A DNA stretch of 64,000 nt from NCBI GenBank assembly GCA_964600575.1, contig CAZRJH010000004.1, positions 6,711 through 70,710 of the forward strand. Reading direction: 5' to 3'. The notes under the pieces were generated by a model. The model worked only from the letters and a program-made list of their open reading frames with translations. It searched no databases and was not told where the DNA came from. The position numbers and the translations under genes are program-made. This DNA comes from an uncultured Gammaproteobacteria bacterium (GTDB lineage Bacteria; Patescibacteriota; Microgenomatia; UBA8517). Positions 56,354 to 64,000 of the stretch are shown here, piece after piece (positions within the stretch are counted from its first letter, which is position 1; each line of letters starts with the position of its first letter).

Positions 56354-57519
56354 AGATTAAAACGGTTAGCGGATTGTTGCTCCTGACATTTTTTTATTTT
56401 GCCTTTTGGAGCAAGCCATTGACGGGAAATATTGATCGTAGATTACAACAATGCAAAAAAAGTGACCAAATCTGTTACAAGAATATGATTGTAGAGGCCT
56501 TTGATAAATATGGTCTCAGCAGGTCTTTAGATTTGGTGGATAAAATTTACTCTAGAGATTCAACGTTTGGTTCTACTTGTCACGATATTGGCCATCTTTT
56601 GGGGTCCAAAACATTTAAACTTTTTAAACAAGGAAAAGATTTTGAGATTACGTCAAAGGTAGCTTTCTGCTCCTACGGCTTTTATCACGGATTTATGGAA
56701 ATCTTAGCATCGGAAGGAGATGTCAAAAGGGCCAGAGATTTTTGTAAATATGTGGACAGCCGAGTTTCCAAAGAGACACCCGACGCCACTTTGCAATGCT
56801 TTCATGGGATAGGGCATGGTTGGGTGAATATTCACGGTGATAAAGCTTTGGTTGGTAACGATTTAGGAATAGCTAAAAAAGGCTTAAGCTTATGTCGGGA
56901 GGTTGCATCCACCGATTCGGAATTAAGCCGTTGTGCAACGGGAGTTTTCAACGGACTGTCGGTTTTTTACGCAAACGAAGAATATGGTTTAAAAATCAAC
57001 AAAAGCGACCCTATGTGGATTTGTAAAAAAGTTGAAAAAGAATTTCAAGACCCTTGTTATGTGAGTATGAATGCTATTTTATTTTCAATAACCGGCGGCG
57101 ATTTTAGAAGCTCTGCAAAATATATCGAATCGATAGATGACGATGTTGTAGCATCACACGCCATGATAAATTTGTCATTGCCCTTTAGTCTTTCGGAGAT
57201 CAACAATAACGACCATTCTAAAAGCGTGGCCGTTTGTAAAAGTCTTCAGGATCGTTTGATTATCCCTTGTTTTCAAGGGTTTGCATTTGCCTTTATGGAA
57301 CACGGAGAACCCGGCAAAGAATATGTTAGAGCGGTTGAGTTTTGTAAGGTAAACGGTTTGACGGATAAAGAAGAAAAAGGATGTCTGTCCTATATCTATT
57401 CTTATATGGCCCAATGGTATCCAAAGGAAAAGGCTTATTCTATATGCCGGTCAGAAAACGGGTATGAACAATTGTGTAAAGAAAAATTGGAAGAAGGAAT
57501 TAATGGACTCCCTAAATGA
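56350..57519 (+). CDS. Cys/His-rich repeat exported protein (paralog 3)
   Basis: CHDIGHLLG, CSYGFYHGFME, CFHGIGHG, CATGVF. Confidence 0.78.
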   Translation: MKIKTVSGLLLLTFFYFAFWSKPLTGNIDRRLQQCKKSDQICYKNMIVEAFDKYGLSRSLDLVDKIYSRDSTFGSTCHDIGHLLGSKTFKLFKQGKDFEITSKVAFCSYGFYHGFMEILASEGDVKRARDFCKYVDSRVSKETPDATLQCFHGIGHGWVNIHGDKALVGNDLGIAKKGLSLCREVASTDSELSRCATGVFNGLSVFYANEEYGLKINKSDPMWICKKVEKEFQDPCYVSMNAILFSITGGDFRSSAKYIESIDDDVVASHAMINLSLPFSLSEINNNDHSKSVAVCKSLQDRLIIPCFQGFAFAFMEHGEPGKEYVRAVEFCKVNGLTDKEEKGCLSYIYSYMAQWYPKEKAYSICRSENGYEQLCKEKLEEGINGLPK

Positions 57520-58676
57520 AAAAAATAATGGTCGTTCTCAGTTTAATAATTTTATTAGGGTATTTTGCTGTATCAAAAGAATGGCCAAAGGTTAATCTTT
57601 CCTTGGACAAAATATCCAAAGCAATCATCTACAAATGTGCAGACGCTAATACTAAAAGCGTTTGTTACGAAGAAGAGATTCCGAAATTAACAAATGTCTT
57701 AACAATGGAACAGACATTTGATGTTACTGGAGTTATTCAATCAAAAGTTGCCGATTTTCCTTACTGTCATGTTTTGGGTCATAAGTTGGCGAGCATTGAG
57801 ACAAAAAAGGATCCCTCTCAATGGAAAAGTGTTATGGCACGTTGCCCGGCAGGGACTTGTTCCAATGGCTGTGTTCACGGAGCATTTCAGGAAAGATACA
57901 AATACGAAGACCTTTCCAAAGCGGAGTTCGTCTTAGCTAAAAAAGACTTTGAAACAGTTTGCGAAAAAAGCGATTCGTTTAATCCCACAGGTCTTGAACA
58001 AGGCAGTTGTTATCATGCCCTTGGGCATTTGATGATGTATCTTACCAACGCAGACATAAAAGAATCGGTAATTGCCTGCGACGAAGTGGCTCTTAAAAGT
58101 GACGGAAGAGATTTTAGGAATGTTTGTTATGCCGGGGCATTTATGCAGATATATCAACCCCTAGACACAGACGATAAATCTCTTGTAAGTAAGTTTAACT
58201 TAAACTCGGAAAACTCCTGGCAATTTTGCTCAACTTTTGAAGAGTCAAAAAGAAACGCCTGCTGGGAAGAGTCCTGGCCGGTTTTTCTTCAACAAATTAG
58301 TGTCGGGCGGGGGCTATTGGATTTTTGTGGGATGCTTGGAACGGGAAGTGAAAAGTGCGTAAGAGACCTATTGTATATAATGCCGATTCAATTTAGATTT
58401 GACTACAAATCAATTTGGACTTTCTGCAAGGGCCTTACTCAAAAATACCAAGGACAGTGTTTTGCTATGACAGCCTCAAGAATTTTGGAAATCGATAAAA
58501 GAAACGGGCAAAAAACCATCGACTTTTGTATGTCTCTAGATACTACAGATAAAGATGTTTGTCTAAATCAGCTACTTACCGATTTGCGTTTTGATTTCAC
58601 TTTTGGTTCTCCGGGATACAATTCTGTTTGCGACAAATTACCGGAACCTTGGAAATCTAGATGTTTTTCAAAATGA
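57516..58676 (+). CDS. Cys/His-rich repeat exported protein (paralog 4)
   Basis: CHVLGHKL, CSNGCVHG, CYHALGH, CYAGAFMQ. Confidence 0.78.
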   Translation: MKKIMVVLSLIILLGYFAVSKEWPKVNLSLDKISKAIIYKCADANTKSVCYEEEIPKLTNVLTMEQTFDVTGVIQSKVADFPYCHVLGHKLASIETKKDPSQWKSVMARCPAGTCSNGCVHGAFQERYKYEDLSKAEFVLAKKDFETVCEKSDSFNPTGLEQGSCYHALGHLMMYLTNADIKESVIACDEVALKSDGRDFRNVCYAGAFMQIYQPLDTDDKSLVSKFNLNSENSWQFCSTFEESKRNACWEESWPVFLQQISVGRGLLDFCGMLGTGSEKCVRDLLYIMPIQFRFDYKSIWTFCKGLTQKYQGQCFAMTASRILEIDKRNGQKTIDFCMSLDTTDKDVCLNQLLTDLRFDFTFGSPGYNSVCDKLPEPWKSRCFSK

Positions 58677-60088
58677 GTAGGCGAAACATTTTTATTTTCT
58701 TCATCACAATCTTCGTTTTAGCTTTAAATGTAAAACTCAAATACAGAGTGGAATTGAAATCTAATGGATATCAACCTTCTGAAATAACTATAAAAAAAGG
58801 AGATAGTGTTAAATTCTTTTCCGAATATTCATCTTTCTGGCCTGCATCCAACCCCCACCCAAATCATACGCAGAGTCCGGATTTTGATCCCAAAAGGGCA
58901 ACAGCAAAAGACAAAAGCTGGGATTTTACCTTTGATAAAGCCGGAGTATATACATATCACGATCATTTGAACCCTTTTTATAAAGGCAAAATCAAAGTTG
59001 TCGAAACTAATCTATTTGTTTATTTAAAAAACAAATTCGCAAATTTTACGAGAGTTAGTTTTGAAAAACACGATTCGCAATACATAAACAAAGTTTCCGT
59101 TTTGTGCAAAGGCGAAGAATGGGAGGAACGAAAAAATCTTATTGATTGTTGGAATTCATATTTTTCGGAACTTGTTAAAGACTTTGGTCCAAATGAAAGT
59201 TTACGGATACTTGATGCACTTACCACAGGAGGTTTTGTATCGTTATCTGATTGCCACAACTTTGCAGATCAGATTGGTTCAGACTCATATTGGCAGAAGG
59301 TGTCGGGTAAATCTTTTACTTTCGATGATACTTTTGGAATTTGCAGTTACGGTTTTTTCCACGGCTTTATGTTGGAAGATGTAAGCCACGGCCAAGATTT
59401 TGAAGCTTCATTCAAACTTTGTAACAAGTTGGCAAATTATGGGGAAAATATGGTTAATGAATGTTTTGTAGGGGTGGGCAACGGGTTGGCATATTATTTT
59501 TGGAATACTTTGGGCGAAGATGTGGTGTCGATAGTTGGTAAATCAAAAAGCGTCTGTGAGTCGGTGGGTAAATATAAAGATTCATGTGTTTACGGTGTAT
59601 ACGGCGGCATGGAGCACTTGTATCTTAAGATACACGGGTCCAGTTTGTCTATCGATCAGACGAACCCTTATTTTGTGTGTTCTAAGGAATTGGGTGATAA
59701 GTATTTGCCATATTGTTACGAAAAGATAGACAGGCCTCTTTTTTCCGATTTAAATTTTGATATTGTCAAGATCGCGTCTTGGATAAACAAGATTCCGAAC
59801 CAAGAAATAAGAAAAGCAGAGGCAAAAAGCATCGGAAACTTTGTCAGCCAGTTTTGGATCTATAAGGACGAAGCTGATTTTGTACTTGCCAAGAGCAAAT
59901 GTTATGAATTTAGAGGTATTCTTTATTCCAGCTGTTTGGAAGGTGTTTTTGAAGGAATTTTGTCTAATTTAAATGAGTCCGGGAGGGCGGATGAGTTTAA
60001 GTGTTTAGGCAAAAGTCTCACGAGTTCTGAGATAAATATTTGCTTATTAAAAAAGAAAGAAACTATCGAAGCTGTCAAAACGTTTTAA
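58673..60088 (+). CDS. Cupredoxin-like + Cys-rich repeat protein (paralog 5)
   Basis: GYQPSEITIKKGDSVKF, WPASNPHPNH, YHDHLNP; CHNFADQIG, CSYGFFHG. Confidence 0.8.
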   Translation: MSRRNIFIFFITIFVLALNVKLKYRVELKSNGYQPSEITIKKGDSVKFFSEYSSFWPASNPHPNHTQSPDFDPKRATAKDKSWDFTFDKAGVYTYHDHLNPFYKGKIKVVETNLFVYLKNKFANFTRVSFEKHDSQYINKVSVLCKGEEWEERKNLIDCWNSYFSELVKDFGPNESLRILDALTTGGFVSLSDCHNFADQIGSDSYWQKVSGKSFTFDDTFGICSYGFFHGFMLEDVSHGQDFEASFKLCNKLANYGENMVNECFVGVGNGLAYYFWNTLGEDVVSIVGKSKSVCESVGKYKDSCVYGVYGGMEHLYLKIHGSSLSIDQTNPYFVCSKELGDKYLPYCYEKIDRPLFSDLNFDIVKIASWINKIPNQEIRKAEAKSIGNFVSQFWIYKDEADFVLAKSKCYEFRGILYSSCLEGVFEGILSNLNESGRADEFKCLGKSLTSSEINICLLKKKETIEAVKTF

Positions 60089-60091
60089 ATC

Positions 60092-61516
60092 ATGGCAAAA
60101 AAAATACTAACATCTTTTTTGATTGTGTGTGCTGTTGTTTTCGCGGTAATTATTGTTTACCAACCTCGTTTAGAGGTGGTTCGAATGACTCCTTCCGGGT
60201 TTGCCCCTTCGTACTTAACAGTCATCAAAGGACAGTCTGTTAAATTTGTTTCGGATGGTGCTTTGTTTTGGCCCGCCAGCGATCCGCACCCAAATCATAC
60301 GAATTTTTCGGAATTTGACCCCAAAAGTCCGATAAAAGACGGCGATTCCTGGACATTCAAATTTAGTAAGTCCGGTTTCTTTGAATATCACAACCATTTA
60401 GAACCAAGCTCAAGGGGTGCGGTTAAGGTTATCGAGACGAACCCTGTTGACTACGCTTTAATACACATCAAAGATTTATATAATAAGTTTTTTGTAAAAC
60501 ACGATATTAAATATGCGATCTCGCTAGAAGAAATGTGCTCGAAATTAAGAGAAGATAGGGTTAAATATATAGAATGTTGGTCGGAAACCTTTACTAACAT
60601 TACTCGTGACTTTGGTGTTACGGAGGCAGTTAAGACTCTGAGTCTTGTTAATTCTTCGTCCGGAATAACATTGGGCGATTGTCACTTGATAGCAGACCAA
60701 ATAGGCACAGATGCTTATTGGCAGTTTTCTTCCGGAAAAAAATTTGAATTTACAAAAGATTTCGCCTTATGTGATTTTGGATTTTTCCATCACTTTATGT
60801 CGGAACATGTGAGTCATGGCCAAGACTTTTTGGGATCGGAGACTTTGTGTTCATCTCTCGACGAAACTCTGGTTGATCAATGTTTTTTTGGTTTAGGTAA
60901 CGGTCTGGCCTATTATTTTTGGGGGATTTATCCGACAAGTTCTGATTTAATAGTTTCTAAAGGTCTTGGGGTTTGTAAAAAACTGCAAACGAACGGCAGA
61001 ACATGTGCTTTAGGTGTATATAGCGGGATTGATCACTTGTTCGAGGGTAAACATGGGTCGGAGTTGGTGGTAGATATCAAAGATCCGTTCTCTTTTTGCA
61101 GGATGCAACCTGATCGCGATCTGGCTATATCCTGTTACGAAAGAATGATTCCTTCGATATCTCATGTTTTAGGTAAAGAATCTAGCCAAAATGCAAAAGT
61201 GCTAATTTCTTGGGTTTACAAGATGCCATATTTTGCAAGACAGGCTTCTATGAGACGATTGGGAATAATGTTATCCGAGGAAGAATCGGTAAAAGTTAAT
61301 CCGATCCCAAATAAGGCGTTAGATATTTGCAGAAACCAAGCGGGTGTATATTCGGGTGAATGTGAATGGGGGGTGTTTTATAATGTATTTCTAAATGGAG
61401 CTTCGGCAACAAGCGAATTTTACGGAAAAGATTGTGAAAGTTTTGGAAGCTTGAAGGATGAGGAAAAAACGAGATGTCAGGACGCCTATGATTCAACTGT
61501 AGATTTTAGAAAATGA
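60092..61516 (+). CDS. Cupredoxin-like + Cys-rich repeat protein (paralog 6)
   Basis: WPASDPHPNH, YHNHLEP; CHLIADQIG, CDFGFFHH. Confidence 0.8.
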   Translation: MAKKILTSFLIVCAVVFAVIIVYQPRLEVVRMTPSGFAPSYLTVIKGQSVKFVSDGALFWPASDPHPNHTNFSEFDPKSPIKDGDSWTFKFSKSGFFEYHNHLEPSSRGAVKVIETNPVDYALIHIKDLYNKFFVKHDIKYAISLEEMCSKLREDRVKYIECWSETFTNITRDFGVTEAVKTLSLVNSSSGITLGDCHLIADQIGTDAYWQFSSGKKFEFTKDFALCDFGFFHHFMSEHVSHGQDFLGSETLCSSLDETLVDQCFFGLGNGLAYYFWGIYPTSSDLIVSKGLGVCKKLQTNGRTCALGVYSGIDHLFEGKHGSELVVDIKDPFSFCRMQPDRDLAISCYERMIPSISHVLGKESSQNAKVLISWVYKMPYFARQASMRRLGIMLSEEESVKVNPIPNKALDICRNQAGVYSGECEWGVFYNVFLNGASATSEFYGKDCESFGSLKDEEKTRCQDAYDSTVDFRK

Positions 61517-62790
61517 ATAACCGCAATAAAATTATATTAATATCAATTGCAACCCTTGGCGTCTTATTGGGGATTTTAATCACCAACTACAAAGCAGGTA
61601 GCGGAAAGGCAAAAACACATATTGTCACTTATAATTCCAAAGGTTTTAACCCCAGCACCCTAACCGTTGCTAAAGGAGATAGGATTGAGTTTAAAAACGA
61701 GACGAAAGAATTGTTTTGGCCCGCCAGCGATCCTCACCCTTTACATAGTTTATATCCGGAATTCGATCCGAAGGAGCCGGTGGATGCAGGATCTAATTGG
61801 ACGTTTAAACCTGTTAAAACCGGGGTTTGGAAATTTCACGATCACCTGTTTCCGAGCAACCGCGGAGTTTTGACTGTTCTTTCAAGTGAGAACGCCGATA
61901 TTGCAGGAAGGGTGTTAAAAAGGGACGAGATAAAGTCGTTGATAAGTAAAAAAGGTACAGAAGACGCATATAGCTATCTAAAATCTATTTATGATCCTTC
62001 CACATCTTTTGCTCATTCCACATTTCATTTATTTGGTGAATTGCTTTTTGATAAGCTTGGAACAAGAGGAATAGAGCTTTGTGATAATTTTGGGGGCTTT
62101 GGTTGTTACCATGGGCTTTTTGTAAAGGCAGTTGCCCAAAGGGGGATAGAAACAGCCGTCGAGTTAGATAGGATTTGTGTGGAAAAATTCGGCGTACAAG
62201 GTTTGGGATGCCCTCATGGTATAGGACACGGCCTGGTTGAATACTTTGGCCTTGGAAAAGTAAATGAGGCTCTTAGTGTTTGCCAAAAACTTTCTTGGAA
62301 AGGGATGTTATTTGGCTGTCAAGGCGGCGTATTTATGGAAAACAATTTTCCTACGATTTTTGACAAAGAAGGGATAGGAAATGTTCAAACAAGAGAGGCA
62401 CATGGAAATTTACTACAACCTTGTTTGGATGTTGACCCCGTCTTTCGCCCTGCTTGCTATTTTGAACAAGCTTCATGGTGGAACAACGTACTAAAGCATG
62501 ACTTTCAAAAGATTGGAAACTTTTGCAACTCACTTAAAAATCAAAATGAATACGAAAGCTGTTTGATGGGAGCTGGTAATACCGCAGCCGAAACCTCGCA
62601 TTACAACAAAGAGTCGGTTGTCGACTCCTGCAAACAAGTATATGGAACCAAATCTCAGGCGCTTTGTAGGGCAGGCGGATCCTGGGCATTTTTTGCAAAT
62701 CCGGAGAAAAGAAACGAATCTGAATCTTTGTGTACAGACTTGGGTATCTATTCTGATTTGTGTTTGTCAAAACGGGTAATTGTTAAATAG
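61513..62790 (+). CDS. Cupredoxin-like + Cys/His-rich repeat protein (paralog 7)
   Basis: WPASDPHPLH, FHDHLFP; HSTFHLFG, GCYHG, CPHGIGHG, CQGGVFME. Confidence 0.8.
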   Translation: MNNRNKIILISIATLGVLLGILITNYKAGSGKAKTHIVTYNSKGFNPSTLTVAKGDRIEFKNETKELFWPASDPHPLHSLYPEFDPKEPVDAGSNWTFKPVKTGVWKFHDHLFPSNRGVLTVLSSENADIAGRVLKRDEIKSLISKKGTEDAYSYLKSIYDPSTSFAHSTFHLFGELLFDKLGTRGIELCDNFGGFGCYHGLFVKAVAQRGIETAVELDRICVEKFGVQGLGCPHGIGHGLVEYFGLGKVNEALSVCQKLSWKGMLFGCQGGVFMENNFPTIFDKEGIGNVQTREAHGNLLQPCLDVDPVFRPACYFEQASWWNNVLKHDFQKIGNFCNSLKNQNEYESCLMGAGNTAAETSHYNKESVVDSCKQVYGTKSQALCRAGGSWAFFANPEKRNESESLCTDLGIYSDLCLSKRVIVK

Positions 62791-62791
62791 G

Positions 62792-64000
62792 ATGAATTCT
62801 TCTAAAAAGTTGATTTTTTTCTTCGTGTTGGTGATTCTTTTGTCGATGTTATATGTTTTTTTGGGAACAAAAAAAACAAGAAATTATGAAGTTAAATACA
62901 CGAATAGAGGCTTCATGCCTGCAAAGCTAGATTTAAAAAACGGCGATGTTGTTACTTTTGTAAACAATTCCGATTTGTACTTCTGGCCTGCAAGTGATCT
63001 TCATCCATCTCATCTTTTATATCCGGAATTTGATCCCAAAAAGGCTTTGGAAAAAGGTGAAACTTGGAAGTTTGTTTTTAGAAAAAGTGGTACTTGGGGA
63101 TTTCATGATCACTTAGACCCAACAAAAAGGGGTGAAATAAAAATAGGTGATGATTTTATAATCAAATTTTTTGTTAATTCGGTAGACTCGCTGAAAAGAG
63201 CCAAAGTTTTCCTAACTGGCAGGAAAACTTTTTTTGACGGAAAGATAAAAAGTTGTCCAAGTGGGGTGGATTTTGAAACTGGGAGAAGATGTTGGGAAGC
63301 AGCAATATCGGAAGTTAAAAGACTTTTTGGAGTTCAAGCCTCATTTGATTTTTTGAAAGAAGCAATTTCTAAAAATCCTGAAATTATGGGTACCTGCCAT
63401 TATTATTCTGAGTATATCGGGTTTTTGGTTTACGAAGACTATTTTAAAGGTGATAGCCCCAAAGTTTACGAGTCGGCGGAAATTTGCGGCTACGGTTTCT
63501 ATCATGCGTTGTTGCAGGAATGGGTTAGCCATAACAAAAACATTTCGGAGTCTAAAGACTATTGCGAAAGCTTAGAAAAAATTCCCAATCTAAATTTTAG
63601 TAAAGGAAACTGTATTCAAGGAGTTGGTATAGGCTTGACCTTTATGAATGCATCAAGCTTTTACGGGGAGGACGAAAAAATCATATCTAAGTCACTGGAA
63701 GATTGTAGTTTGGCATTCAAAGATGCCGTTTACAACAGCTTGTGTAGCGATGGTGTTTTTTCGGGACTTGCTCATTTGTATTTTGGAGACCATGGCATTT
63801 CGTTGTCAACCGACGATAATAATCCTTTTTGGGTCTGTAATAAATTTAAAGGCGACATTAAGACAAAGTGCTATTTATATAACACCGAGGTAGTTTATTA
63901 CAGATTAAACAAAGATTTTAACAGGACAGTAGATTTTATAATCAAGTCAGCGAATAGAGAGGTTATAAACAAGTCGTTGGAAAGATTGGGCACGACATTG
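62792..64000 (+). CDS. Cupredoxin-like + Cys-rich repeat protein (paralog 8, 3' truncated, not in ORF track)
   Basis: MNSSKKLIFFFVLVILL..; WPASDLHPSH, WGFHDHLDP, CHYYSEYIG, CGYGFYHA; runs to window end. Confidence 0.8.
   Translation, partial: MNSSKKLIFFFVLVILLSMLYVFLGTKKTRNYEVKYTNRGFMPAKLDLKNGDVVTFVNNSDLYFWPASDLHPSHLLYPEFDPKKALEKGETWKFVFRKSGTWGFHDHLDPTKRGEIKIGDDFIIKFFVNSVDSLKRAKVFLTGRKTFFDGKIKSCPSGVDFETGRRCWEAAISEVKRLFGVQASFDFLKEAISKNPEIMGTCHYYSEYIGFLVYEDYFKGDSPKVYESAEICGYGFYHALLQEWVSHNKNISESKDYCESLEKIPNLNFSKGNCIQGVGIGLTFMNASSFYGEDEKIISKSLEDCSLAFKDAVYNSLCSDGVFSGLAHLYFGDHGISLSTDDNNPFWVCNKFKGDIKTKCYLYNTEVVYYRLNKDFNRTVDFIIKSANREVINKSLERLGTTL

Noticed and set aside
51924-64000. Multiheme c-type cytochromes
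   Set aside because: No CxxCH motifs; Cys/His spacing is different
1-64000. CRISPR array or rRNA
   Set aside because: No regularly spaced 25-45 bp repeats with unique spacers and no rRNA-like sequence seen

Overview
Bacterial DNA using genetic code 11. Gene content, few Shine-Dalgarno sites and many -10 boxes directly before ATG suggest a Patescibacteria/CPR (Microgenomates-like) genome; this is inference. From 1-12.3 kb: a GT2 fragment, a GT-C-like membrane protein, a promoter- and terminator-bounded structured ncRNA candidate, two degenerate Nudix-like genes, rho, a LysM-M23 peptidase, tRNA-Ala(CGC) and a Fic-HTH gene. From 12.5-46.7 kb: a cell-surface locus with tatC and four tatA-family genes (three missed by the ORF track), four large Ser/Thr/Gly-rich phage-fibre-like proteins without signal peptides (three share a C-terminal domain and swap modules), a DegT aminotransferase, a GNAT, a TPR-GT41 (OGT-like) glycosyltransferase, several kinase-less sensors, two kinase/receiver pairs, SH3b membrane proteins and a membrane protein with an internal twin-arginine signal. 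From 46.7-64 kb: O-antigen-ligase/TPR, VKOR, an HTTM pair, an LRR protein, a secreted Tyr-repeat protein with a C-terminal Hint domain, and at least 8 paralogous membrane-anchored Cys/His-repeat proteins, four fused to cupredoxins lacking the type-1 Cys/Met ligands. The best candidates for an undescribed system are the Tat/fibre/glycosylation locus and the Cys-His/cupredoxin array with its Tyr-Hint neighbour. All family calls are by eye from motifs; no searches were run.
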